IMG/VR virus record: IMGVR_UViG_3300045971_000477
Coordinates: 1 to 55,771 of that record
Strand: one strand, 5' to 3'
DNA: 55,771 nt
Origin: a virus
Taxonomy: Duplodnaviria > Caudoviricetes
Part shown: piece after piece, positions 18,658-27,674 of the stretch
Numbering within the stretch: the first letter of the stretch is position 1
Layout: each line of letters starts with the position of its first letter
Made by a program: the position numbers and the translations under genes
The notes under the pieces: generated by a model
Databases searched by the model: none
Told to the model about the DNA's origin: nothing
The model's input: only the letters and a program-made list of their open reading frames with translations

Positions 18658-19473
18658 ATGCACACATACCTCGACCTTCTTACCACAATCATGCGGAACG
18701 GTGCCGTTAAAACTGACCGCACGGGAACGGGCACCCTGAGCGTGTTCGGTGCCCAGATGCGATTCGATCTGTCCAAGGGCTTCCCGCTCGTCACCACCCG
18801 GAAGATTGCGTGGAAACCCGTTGTGCATGAACTGTTGTGGTTCCTGTCCGGGTCAACCAACGTCAAGCCGTTGCAGGAGGCGGGGGTCCATATCTGGGAT
18901 CGGTGGGCAGATGAGAACGGGGATCTGGGGCCGATCTACGGGCAGCAATGGCGCAACTGGCGGGGCATGGATCAGATCTCGATGCTGATCTCCAATCTGA
19001 AGCGCAACCCCGATTCCCGCAGGCATGTGGTCAGCACTTGGAATGTGAACGATTTGCCCGACGAAGAGTTGTCCCCGCAGGCAAACGTCATGTGCGGTTC
19101 CATGGCCCTCGCCCCGTGCCATGCAATGTTCCAGTTCTACGTTTCCGACAACAGATTGTCATGCCAGCTTTACCAGCGGTCAGCCGATGTGCCCGTGGGC
19201 GTGCCCTACAACATCGCGGAATACGCGTTGCTAACGCACATGATTGCCCAGCAGGTTGGGCTTTCTGTGGGCGAACTGATCTGGACAGGAGGCGATTGCC
19301 ACATCTACTTGAATCAAATTGACGCCGTCCGGGAACAGTTGATACGAAGGCCACTGGGCCTCCCCCGGCTGCACTTGGCCTGGGCGGATAGCATATTTGC
19401 CTATCGCCCGGAGAACGTCGAGTTGATTGACTACCTGCCCCATCCGGCGATCAAGTATTTGGTGGCGGTATAG
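18658..19473 (+). CDS. thyA: Thymidylate synthase
   Basis: [44 protein letters not shown]. Confidence 0.98.
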   Translation: MHTYLDLLTTIMRNGAVKTDRTGTGTLSVFGAQMRFDLSKGFPLVTTRKIAWKPVVHELLWFLSGSTNVKPLQEAGVHIWDRWADENGDLGPIYGQQWRNWRGMDQISMLISNLKRNPDSRRHVVSTWNVNDLPDEELSPQANVMCGSMALAPCHAMFQFYVSDNRLSCQLYQRSADVPVGVPYNIAEYALLTHMIAQQVGLSVGELIWTGGDCHIYLNQIDAVREQLIRRPLGLPRLHLAWADSIFAYRPENVELIDYLPHPAIKYLVAV

Positions 19474-19487
19474 CATTTTGTATTTTG

Positions 19488-19591
19488 CCCACCATCACCT
19501 CCGCATTCAGGAGCCAGCCGCACACCTCATTAGTGGATGGGTTTTAACTAACCTATGGGTGCGGACCCCGGAATGCGGAGTTGATGGTGGG
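19488..19591 (+). ncRNA. ~104-nt intergenic hairpin (candidate structured RNA)
   Basis: 21-bp arms 19488-19508/19571-19591 (1 mismatch); inner CCGCAC/GTGCGG and TTAGT/ACTAA stems. Confidence 0.45.
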
Positions 19592-19622
19592 AGATGAAAC
19601 TAACAAGGAACGCGCAACTGAT

Positions 19623-19796
19623 ATGAAAACCAAACACTACAGTGAACAGGTCTGCGCCCAGATCCTTGCCGCAGCAGCGGCTTTGGAGCAGGGCAAAGTC
19701 AACGATTGCCTGGATGCCCTACGGAAGGCAACGGCAGCGGCGCAAACACTTGAGCGACACATACTGGGCGTCACCGTGCCAAGGAGGGAAAAATGA
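19623..19796 (+). CDS. Hypothetical protein
   Basis: Start MKTKHY after ATATG. Confidence 0.55.
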   Translation: MKTKHYSEQVCAQILAAAAALEQGKVNDCLDALRKATAAAQTLERHILGVTVPRREK

Positions 19797-20005
19797 ACAA
19801 GGCGTGGGTCAAAAAGAACAAGGGCACCGAACGCCACCTCTACGTGGATGGTGAATGGGCGGGCATGATCTGGTATGGAGGGTGCGACGATTGGATCGCA
19901 TCCACGCACATGTCCGGGTTCCCCTGCATCGGTTGCCACGACGACATTAAAGACGCCATGGCCCAGATGGAACTGCTCGCAGAGAAGGGACGGGTGAAGC
20001 AATGA
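19793..20005 (+). CDS. Hypothetical protein, outlying family-B-like module
   Basis: W...LYVDGEWAG.I...W...DIKDAMAQM; AAGGAGG SD with ATGA overlap. Confidence 0.65.
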   Translation: MNKAWVKKNKGTERHLYVDGEWAGMIWYGGCDDWIASTHMSGFPCIGCHDDIKDAMAQMELLAEKGRVKQ

Positions 20006-21222
20006 GCATCGCCTTCTCCCCAGAGCAGCAATCCGCACTCGCCAAAGCCACAGCATGGTTTGCAGGGCAGCACCACGGCGCAAATCAGGTCTTTCGCCTG
20101 TTCGGTTATGCCGGAACGGGCAAAACAACCATTGCCCAAGAGTTGGCCAAGCAAGTGGCAGGCAACCAGCGCGTGCTGTTCGCTGCCTTCACGGGCAAAG
20201 CCGCCTATGTGATGGGCCAACGGGGATGCCCCGGGGCAACGACCATTCACAGGCTGATCTACAAGCCGTCCGGCAGATCCCACCAGACCCTCATGGAGTT
20301 GCAGGCCAAGCTGGAAGCCCTCTGCGCCCTCGATCCCCAGCCCATCGAACGCATTGAACAGGTCAAGAAGCTGATCCATAACGAGGAGGAATCCGTGTCG
20401 CGACCCTCGTTCATCCTGAACGTGGAAAGCGATGTCCACCACTGTGCCCTGGTGGTGATTGACGAGTGTTCCATGGTGGATCAGCGGATGGGCCTTGATC
20501 TCCTTTCGTTCACGAAGCCAGTCCTTGTGCTGGGTGACCCTGCCCAGCTTCCTCCGGTTCGCGGCGAGGGATTCTTTACCGCCGCCACCCCGGACATCAC
20601 GTTGACGCAGATCCACCGGCAGGCTTCCGGCAACCCGATCATCGCCCTCGCAACAACCGTCCGCATGGGCAACCCACTCCCCCCGGGGGATCATGGTTCC
20701 AGTCATGTGGGCAAACGATCCGATTTCTGCAAGGCAACCCTCGATGGAATTGATCAGGTGATCGTTGGGAGGAACGCCACCCGCCGCCAGTTCAACACCA
20801 ATTACCGAAGATGGATGATGGACATCACAGACCCTATGCCGGTGCCCGGGGATAAGCTGGTATGCCTACGGAACAACCACGAACTAGGCCTTCTGAACGG
20901 TGGACAATGGATTGTCGAAGAGGTGGCCCTGCCCGAAGAGACGGGCACGGGTTACCTGCACATGCGGATCCGGGATGGGGATATTTCCCAAGTGGTATCT
21001 GCCCATGCCGACATATTCAATGGGATTGAGATCCCGTGGTATGAAAAGCGGGATGCGGAAGAGTTTGACTACGGCTACGCCCTGACCTGTCACAAGTCCC
21101 AAGGCAGTCAGTGGGAGAATGTCCTTGTGCTGGACGAGAGCGAGTCGTTCCGTGAAAACGCCCAGCAATGGCTCTACACAGCCATCACCCGCGCCTCAAA
21201 GCGGGTCATTGTCCTGAAATAG
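20002..21222 (+). CDS. RecD/Dda-like SF1B helicase
   Basis: GYAGTGKTT, IDECSMV, GDPAQLPPV, YALTCHKSQGS, LYTAITRA. Confidence 0.95.
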   Translation: MSIAFSPEQQSALAKATAWFAGQHHGANQVFRLFGYAGTGKTTIAQELAKQVAGNQRVLFAAFTGKAAYVMGQRGCPGATTIHRLIYKPSGRSHQTLMELQAKLEALCALDPQPIERIEQVKKLIHNEEESVSRPSFILNVESDVHHCALVVIDECSMVDQRMGLDLLSFTKPVLVLGDPAQLPPVRGEGFFTAATPDITLTQIHRQASGNPIIALATTVRMGNPLPPGDHGSSHVGKRSDFCKATLDGIDQVIVGRNATRRQFNTNYRRWMMDITDPMPVPGDKLVCLRNNHELGLLNGGQWIVEEVALPEETGTGYLHMRIRDGDISQVVSAHADIFNGIEIPWYEKRDAEEFDYGYALTCHKSQGSQWENVLVLDESESFRENAQQWLYTAITRASKRVIVLK

Positions 21223-21228
21223 CCCGCC

Positions 21229-23100
21229 ATGCAAACCACTCTTGACTTCACCTCCGCAGCTTCGCGTTGGAAGGCAACACCCATTTCCCAGCTTCCCCAG
21301 TGGGAAGGGCACAAGCGCATTTGCGTGGATATCGAAACACACGACCCCACCCTCAAGGAGTTTGGTCCCGGCCCCCGGCGGGAGGGTTACATTGTGGGCG
21401 TTGCGTTCGCCATTGACGGTGGACCCTCCTATTACCTCCCGATGCGCCATGACTCCGGCAACCTCGACCCATTTGCCGTGACCCAATACCTTCAGGATCA
21501 AGCCAAGTTTTACACAGGCCAGATCGTGGGGGCCAACCTGTCCTATGACCTCGACTTCCTTGGTGTGGCTGGCGTTCACTTCAAACGCGCCGCCTTCCGG
21601 GACGTGCTGATCAACGACCCCCTGATCAACGAGCTTTACGACAAGTATTCCCTGAACGCGGTTGCGATGCGTTGGGGTGTGGGCACCAAGGATATGGGCG
21701 ACCTGAAGCAGGAGGCCCAGGCTCTTGGTATCAAGGATGCCATCGCCGCCATGGCGCGATTGCCCGCCCATGCTGTGGCCCGCTACGCACTGGGCGATGT
21801 GGACTTGCCCCTTCGTATCCTGCCCCTGCAAGAGCGTGAGATCGCCAAGCAAGGTCTGGAACGGGTTTACGACATCGAATGCCGCCTGATCCCCGTGCTC
21901 GCCGCCATGCGGCTCCGGGGCGTGCGGGTCAGTGAATCGCGCCTGACCCAGATCGAGGAGTGGGCATTGGCAGAGGAACAGCAGCAACTGGCAATCATCC
22001 AGAAGGCCACACGCGTCTCCATTTGCCCACATGAACTGTGGCAGGTGGATCTCACTGCACAGGCACTCCGCGCAGTTGGCATCTTTGTGGGCAAGACCCC
22101 ATCGGGCAAGTGGAACGTGGATAAGGAAGTGCTCGAGGGTTACGAGCACCCTGTGACGCAGGCAATCTCGATGGCGAGGAAGGTGAACAAGCTCCGCACA
22201 ACCTTCGCGGCATCTGTCCGCAAGCATCTCACCTATGGCAGGATTCATTGTGTGTACAACCAATCCCTGCGTGAGGACCGTGGGAAGATCCACGGTGCCC
22301 GTTGGGGTCGTCTCAGCACGGAACACCCCAACACCCAGCAGCAACCTGCCCGGGACGAGTTCCCGCACAGTTGGCGTGCCATCTACCTGCCGGATGAGGG
22401 GGGCATGTGGGCTGCGTGCGATTACAGCCAGCAGGAACCACGGATAGTGACACACTTCGCCTGCCGTGCAGGATGCGCGGGAGCACTCAAAGCAGCCAAG
22501 GCTTACAGGGACGATCCCAAGACTGACACACACCAGATGATGGCGAATTTGACCAAGCTTCCAAGAAAACAAGCGAAAAACATTTATCTGGGCTTGTGTT
22601 ACGGAATGGGAGGTGCAAAGTTGGCTATATCTCTGGGGTTGCCCACTGTGCAGAAGAAGGCTTACAACAAGGTGATTGAGGTTGCGGGACCGGAAGCCCA
22701 GTCCATCCTGGACATGTTTGACCGTGGCGCACCCTTTGTCCGGGAGTTGTTTAATGCGTCAAAGGAACTTGCGGATGATCGCGGATACATCAAAACACTG
22801 CTTGGCCGGCGGTGCCGGTTCCCGGCGGATAGTGGCGGGCGCGGTGGCTACATCTGGACGCGGGACGCAATGAATAAACTGGTGCAAGGATCCGCGGCGG
22901 ACCAGACGAAGATGGCAATGGTGATTGCCCATGAAGCGGGAATCCCGCTTCAACTGCAGGTTCACGATGAACTGGATCTGACGGTGAGCAGCCCAGCAGA
23001 GGCCCACCAGCTCGCGGCAATCATGCGGGATGCCCTGCCGCTGGTCCTCCCAAGCAGGGTGGACGTGGAGGTGGGCGCAAGCTGGGGTGAGGCGAAGTGA
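21229..23100 (+). CDS. polA: DNA polymerase family A with 3'-5' exonuclease
   Basis: DIET exo I, DYSQQEPR motif A, RKQAK...LGLCYG motif B, QVHDEL motif C. Confidence 0.95.
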   Translation: MQTTLDFTSAASRWKATPISQLPQWEGHKRICVDIETHDPTLKEFGPGPRREGYIVGVAFAIDGGPSYYLPMRHDSGNLDPFAVTQYLQDQAKFYTGQIVGANLSYDLDFLGVAGVHFKRAAFRDVLINDPLINELYDKYSLNAVAMRWGVGTKDMGDLKQEAQALGIKDAIAAMARLPAHAVARYALGDVDLPLRILPLQEREIAKQGLERVYDIECRLIPVLAAMRLRGVRVSESRLTQIEEWALAEEQQQLAIIQKATRVSICPHELWQVDLTAQALRAVGIFVGKTPSGKWNVDKEVLEGYEHPVTQAISMARKVNKLRTTFAASVRKHLTYGRIHCVYNQSLREDRGKIHGARWGRLSTEHPNTQQQPARDEFPHSWRAIYLPDEGGMWAACDYSQQEPRIVTHFACRAGCAGALKAAKAYRDDPKTDTHQMMANLTKLPRKQAKNIYLGLCYGMGGAKLAISLGLPTVQKKAYNKVIEVAGPEAQSILDMFDRGAPFVRELFNASKELADDRGYIKTLLGRRCRFPADSGGRGGYIWTRDAMNKLVQGSAADQTKMAMVIAHEAGIPLQLQVHDELDLTVSSPAEAHQLAAIMRDALPLVLPSRVDVEVGASWGEAK

Positions 23101-23106
23101 TAGGAT

Positions 23107-24393
23107 ATGAACATTTATAACGACATAGACAAGAACGCTGCTGCGTGGACGCAACAGCTTATAACCAACAGACTGATCCCGGGTGGGGTCATGGTCTGCA
23201 AATCAATCACGGACATACAACCACATGAACTCGACGGATTTACACAAGCACATTTCTTTAACGGAATTTCCGGCTGGGCCAGGGCACTCGACCTCGCAGG
23301 GTGGCCAGCAACTCGACCTATTTGGTGCGCCAGTCTCCCCTGCCAACCTTTCTCCTGTGCAGGGAAAGGCGAGGGGGTCAACGACGAACGTCATCTCTGG
23401 CCAGTCTTTTTCCAACTTGTCAAAGCCTGCCGACCTGTCGTCATTGTTGGCGAGCAAGTTGAAGCTGCGATTGGGCACGGGTGGCTCGATGGAGTATTCG
23501 CAGACTTGGAAGGAGAAGGTTACACCTGCGGGGCGACGGTATTGGGGGCACATAGCGTCCAAGCACCGCATAGGCGGCAAAGGATCTACTGGGGGGCCTT
23601 CGCCAAAGAGATCAGACAACCAGACAGCATCTTGGGGCACCCCAACGACGCAGGATGCCAAACACACGGGAATGTCACCATCGGAGTTGAATCGCGATCC
23701 CAACAACCTACGTGTGCAGGCGCACCAGACGGGAGGGTGGCCCACACCACAATCGGCAGACACGGGCAAGAGCGAAACTGTTCGGCAGGGATCGGAGAAC
23801 CTATCCGTTGTGGCCAACAAGACAAGGACGGATGGGCTCGCGTCAGCTTTGCAGCCGACTGCCTTGGAGGAGACGAAACGGAGCTTGGAGATACATGCTC
23901 AATCTGCGGTCTTGACTACGGAAACGAGTGCCTTTGCCCTGGCCCAACACAAGACGGAATCGAATACAGAGAAATTGACGGAGTGCTCTATGGCGGGCTG
24001 GGCAACAGCCAGCAGCCGGGATTGGAAGGACACCCCTGGAATGGCAGAGACGGGAGTGAACCCGGACGGGTCAGTGCGTCATCGGCTGGATCAGTTGCCC
24101 AGACAGGCAACATTGGCAACTTCTGGGGCAACACATGGCACCACTGCCGCGACAACAAATGGAGGAGAATCCCAGCCACGGCTAATGCTCAACGTGTTTT
24201 TCTCGGCATGGTTGATGGGCTACAATCCACAGTGGACCCTATCGGCCTTGCAAGCCTTGGGTTCCCGCTCGCGAAAACGATCCCAAACCGCGTCGCCCTC
24301 CTCAAAGGCTACGGCAACGCAATAGTACCACAGGTAGCTGCGGAGTTCCTGAAAGCCGTGATGAACATACTAGATAACAAGTCGGCAACATAA
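23107..24393 (+). CDS. DNA cytosine-5 methyltransferase (main frame)
   Basis: FFNGISGW, SLPCQPFS, GEQV, APHRRQRIY, LKGYGNAIVPQVA. Confidence 0.9.
   Translation: MNIYNDIDKNAAAWTQQLITNRLIPGGVMVCKSITDIQPHELDGFTQAHFFNGISGWARALDLAGWPATRPIWCASLPCQPFSCAGKGEGVNDERHLWPVFFQLVKACRPVVIVGEQVEAAIGHGWLDGVFADLEGEGYTCGATVLGAHSVQAPHRRQRIYWGAFAKEIRQPDSILGHPNDAGCQTHGNVTIGVESRSQQPTCAGAPDGRVAHTTIGRHGQERNCSAGIGEPIRCGQQDKDGWARVSFAADCLGGDETELGDTCSICGLDYGNECLCPGPTQDGIEYREIDGVLYGGLGNSQQPGLEGHPWNGRDGSEPGRVSASSAGSVAQTGNIGNFWGNTWHHCRDNKWRRIPATANAQRVFLGMVDGLQSTVDPIGLASLGFPLAKTIPNRVALLKGYGNAIVPQVAAEFLKAVMNILDNKSAT
23183..24325 (+). CDS. Nested +1-frame ORF, probable second methyltransferase subunit (start uncertain)
   Basis: 380 codons open inside the MTase; WGTP, WPTP and WATASSRDWKD repeats, and LNVFFSAWLMGYNPQW (motif IX-like). 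Confidence 0.7.
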   Translation: MGSWSANQSRTYNHMNSTDLHKHISLTEFPAGPGHSTSQGGQQLDLFGAPVSPANLSPVQGKARGSTTNVISGQSFSNLSKPADLSSLLASKLKLRLGTGGSMEYSQTWKEKVTPAGRRYWGHIASKHRIGGKGSTGGPSPKRSDNQTASWGTPTTQDAKHTGMSPSELNRDPNNLRVQAHQTGGWPTPQSADTGKSETVRQGSENLSVVANKTRTDGLASALQPTALEETKRSLEIHAQSAVLTTETSAFALAQHKTESNTEKLTECSMAGWATASSRDWKDTPGMAETGVNPDGSVRHRLDQLPRQATLATSGATHGTTAATTNGGESQPRLMLNVFFSAWLMGYNPQWTLSALQALGSRSRKRSQTASPSSKATATQ

Positions 24394-24397
24394 TCAT

Positions 24398-24796
24398 ATG
24401 AGCGAGCAACACATGCGTCAGAGAGTCATTCACATGCTGCATCCACTGGATGCCATCAGTGTCGAGAACGCGGTCTATCCGGGCACCCCGGACATCAACT
24501 TTTGCGATGGCTGGATCGAACTCAAGCAGATCTCCAAGTGGCCTTTCAACCCCAACACCAATGTCCTACTGCGCCATTTCACACCGCAACAACGGGTTTG
24601 GCTCATGCGCCGCTGGCGTGCAGGGGGCAACGTCTGGATGCTGCTCCAGTGCAACCGCGAATGGCTTCTGCTATCCGGCGAAACCGCCGCCGATCTGGTG
24701 GGCAGGGCACCCCGCAACACCCTGATTCAGGCCGCCCACAAATACTGGGAGTATGGTGTCGAAGGCGAAGATCTCATCGCATATCTGAAAAGGTAA
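24398..24796 (+). CDS. PD-(D/E)xK nuclease (VRR-NUC/resolvase-like)
   Basis: VEN...GTPD...WIELK...PQQ..W...GG. Confidence 0.8.
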   Translation: MSEQHMRQRVIHMLHPLDAISVENAVYPGTPDINFCDGWIELKQISKWPFNPNTNVLLRHFTPQQRVWLMRRWRAGGNVWMLLQCNREWLLLSGETAADLVGRAPRNTLIQAAHKYWEYGVEGEDLIAYLKR

Positions 24797-24802
24797 CCCG
24801 CC

Positions 24803-27187
24803 ATGACTCCAAATATCAAAACAGCCATCGACTTTTTCAAGGCAGTTCGCCCTGATGGTCCGTGGATGATCACATGCATCCACCCCGTCAAGCACGGTGC
24901 CTACACCTACACATTCAACGCGGATGATGCCGGGGAAGACCGGCTCGCGGACCAGATCCAACTGGGCAACGCAGCACACAACGTCTACTGGCAGGTGAAC
25001 CGGACGGAAGCCCCGATGAACGGGCCGACGAAACCTGCCAACAACAACATTACAATCGTGGAGTTTCTCCATGTGGACATCGATCCCCCGGGCAGGGGTC
25101 CACTGGGGCAGGAACAGGACAAGATTGAAGCGTTGCTGACTGGTCCGCTCCCGAACAACATCCCCCCGCCATCTATCATCGTCTGTTCCGGCAACGGCTT
25201 TCAGGCATTGTGGAAGCTGGACCCGCCCATTCTCATCGACGGGAACGGGTTCGGTGTGGATGAAGTGAAGCGTTACAACGTGGAGATTGCTGCGCGTCTC
25301 GAGGGAGATAATTGCGGGGACGTTTCCCGGGTGCTCCGCCTTCCGGGCACGGTCAACTTCCCCAGTGAATCGAAGATGCGGAAGGGGCGGTTGCCGTGCA
25401 TGTCCCGCGTCATCAAGATGGATATGTCCCTGACATATCCCATCAGCCAGTTCATCAAGGCTCCCATCCCCAAGATCGGTGCCAAGGGCAACGAGGTGCA
25501 TGTGGAAACGGACGTGCCCAAGTTGGATTCGGTGGAAGACCTCAACAAATGGGGTGTCCACAATCGCGTGAAAGCCATCATTGTGCAGGGGGAAGACACC
25601 CTGAACCCCAAGGAGGATGACAACAGCCGATCTGCCTGGGTGTTCGATGTGTGCTGCCAGTTGGCCCGCTGTAACGTGCCGGACAGTGTCATTTATGCGG
25701 TCCTGACAGATCCAGACTTCCTGATCTCCGCGTCTGTCCTGGAGAAGGGCAGCGGGGCGCGGAAGTATGCCATGCGCCAGATCGCACGGGCCAAGGAGAA
25801 TTCCATCGACCCATGGTTGGCGCGGATGAATGACCGCTACGCCGTGATCGGTAACATCGGCGGGAAGTGTCGCGTGATCGAAGATTCGTTTGACGAGGTG
25901 CTGAAACGGCACAGGATCACACGCCAATCATTCCCCGACTTCAACAACTTCTACTGCAACACCCGCATCCCGGTGGGAGACAAGGACATGGCGGTTGGGC
26001 AGTGGTGGCTCACGCATCCCATGCGCCGCACCTATGATACCGTGGTATTTAGCCCGGTGAAAGAGGTTGCCAATGCATACAACTTGTGGCGCGGGTTCGC
26101 AGTGGACCCCGTCCAGGGCAACTGCTCCCTGTTCTATGATCATATGCTGCACAACATCTGCTGCGGGAACAAGGAGCACTACGCCTATCTGATGGGGTGG
26201 ATGGCAAATGCGGTGCAGCACCCGGACACACCGGGGCAGGTTGCGGTGGTCATGCGGGGCAAGCAGGGAACGGGCAAGAGCTTCTTTGCCAAGACATTCG
26301 GGGCACTGTTCGGAAGGCACTTCCTGCAGGTATCCGACCCAAAGCATTTGGTGGGGTCTTTCAATGCCCACTTGCGGGATTGCGTTGTGCTGTTCGGGGA
26401 TGAAGCGTTTTTCGCGGGTGACAGGAAGCATGAATCCATCCTGAAGACACTGATCACAGAAGAACGGATCACGATTGAGGGCAAGGGTGTGGACGCTGAA
26501 GAGTGCAACAATTACGTCCACCTATTGATGGCGTCCAACAGCCAGTGGGTGATCCCCGCAGGCCCATCGGAACGGCGTTACTTCGCCATCGATGTGGGCG
26601 ATGGCAAGAAGCAGGACTCCGCCTACTTCGTGGAGATCGTGAAGCAACTCAGCAACGGTGGTCGTGCCGCCCTGCTCTACGACCTGATCAATTACGACCT
26701 GTCCGGGTTCGAGGTGCGGCATGTGCCCAAGACACATGCGCTCCAGGAACAGAAGGAAATCAGCATGACACCTGAGCAGGAGTGGTGGTATGGCAAACTG
26801 CTGGATGGGCGCATATTCCCCGCCGACTGGAGATGGACCCGGGAAGTGAAGCGGGACTCACTGTTCAAGGACTACATCGAAATGTGCGACATGCTTAGTG
26901 TGTATCGGAAACTGAGCATGGTTCGGTTGCTGCATTCCCTCGCGTCCCTCTGCCCCGGGACGATGACCGATGTCCGCAAGCGTGTGGATGGTGTGCGGCA
27001 GCAGATGGTGGCGTTCCCGTCCCTGGCCGATTGCCGGGAGGCGTGGAACACCCACTTCGGGGTTAACGCATTTGTGAATGCTGTGTCGGATAAGGATAAG
27101 GATACGGATAAGGATACGGATACCGCAACCGCCAAGGAACCCAAAGCCGCCGCGGAAGATGATCTCCGTGTCGAGGAGCCTTTCTAA
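24803..27187 (+). CDS. Primase-helicase (primase-polymerase plus SF3-type helicase)
   Basis: HVDID, SGNGFQALW, D.SRVLRLPGT.N; GKQGTGKS, FGDEA, MASN, ERRY. Confidence 0.9.
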   Translation: MTPNIKTAIDFFKAVRPDGPWMITCIHPVKHGAYTYTFNADDAGEDRLADQIQLGNAAHNVYWQVNRTEAPMNGPTKPANNNITIVEFLHVDIDPPGRGPLGQEQDKIEALLTGPLPNNIPPPSIIVCSGNGFQALWKLDPPILIDGNGFGVDEVKRYNVEIAARLEGDNCGDVSRVLRLPGTVNFPSESKMRKGRLPCMSRVIKMDMSLTYPISQFIKAPIPKIGAKGNEVHVETDVPKLDSVEDLNKWGVHNRVKAIIVQGEDTLNPKEDDNSRSAWVFDVCCQLARCNVPDSVIYAVLTDPDFLISASVLEKGSGARKYAMRQIARAKENSIDPWLARMNDRYAVIGNIGGKCRVIEDSFDEVLKRHRITRQSFPDFNNFYCNTRIPVGDKDMAVGQWWLTHPMRRTYDTVVFSPVKEVANAYNLWRGFAVDPVQGNCSLFYDHMLHNICCGNKEHYAYLMGWMANAVQHPDTPGQVAVVMRGKQGTGKSFFAKTFGALFGRHFLQVSDPKHLVGSFNAHLRDCVVLFGDEAFFAGDRKHESILKTLITEERITIEGKGVDAEECNNYVHLLMASNSQWVIPAGPSERRYFAIDVGDGKKQDSAYFVEIVKQLSNGGRAALLYDLINYDLSGFEVRHVPKTHALQEQKEISMTPEQEWWYGKLLDGRIFPADWRWTREVKRDSLFKDYIEMCDMLSVYRKLSMVRLLHSLASLCPGTMTDVRKRVDGVRQQMVAFPSLADCREAWNTHFGVNAFVNAVSDKDKDTDKDTDTATAKEPKAAAEDDLRVEEPF

Positions 27188-27189
27188 GC

Positions 27190-27226
27190 ATCAAAGGGTC
27201 GTGGGGGAATCCCGCGACCCTTTGAT
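27190..27226. terminator. Hairpin terminator between convergent arms
   Basis: ATCAAAGGGTCGTGGG-ggaat-CCCGCGACCCTTTGAT. Confidence 0.75.
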
Positions 27227-27293
27227 CTCAGAGGCGGCACTACCACACCCAGGGTATCTCCACACCCAATGGTATCTCCACACCCAATGGTCA

Positions 27294-27674
27294 CTACCAC
27301 TTCCCCTCCGGGCACTTCGACGTCTTTATCCACCACTTGAACCGTGTGCAGCCGCACTTGAACGACTTGCACTTACCCAACCCACCCCTTGCGCCACCGT
27401 CCCATAATGGGCATGCTTCGCAGACTTCCTTGATCTGGGCTACCCGTGCGGCATCCGCCACGGGGAACCCTGCTGCGGCCCATGCAGTTAGGGCACTGGC
27501 AAGGTTGGCGGCTTCCTGCATGATCCCCGGCTCGGGGGGGAGGGGGGGGGCTGAGATCGTGGGCAGTGTTGGCTTGACTCCTTGGTCCTGCCCACTGGAC
27601 GGGGCAGGTTTCAGTGTGGGCTTGATTGGTTCGATCCCCCCGTGGGCAGGACCAAAGAGTCTTAATGCTGGCAT
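27294..27674 (-). CDS. Small Cys-cluster protein (DUF6171-like)
   Basis: CEACPLW...KC..KCGC...KCPEGKW. Confidence 0.7.
   Translation of the reverse strand: MPALRLFGPAHGGIEPIKPTLKPAPSSGQDQGVKPTLPTISAPPLPPEPGIMQEAANLASALTAWAAAGFPVADAARVAQIKEVCEACPLWDGGARGGLGKCKSFKCGCTRFKWWIKTSKCPEGKW

Noticed and set aside
21196-25927. Long antisense ORFs (21196-22572, 24671-25927; likewise 47500-48627 and 41954-42907)
   Set aside because: Shadows of GC-rich genes on the opposite strand with no recognisable motifs, unlike the same-strand nested MTase ORF
27088-27291. GGATA(A/C) repeat in the primase tail and 18-bp duplication at ~27253-27290
   Set aside because: Short slippage duplications in a low-complexity tail and intergenic gap; no evidence of function
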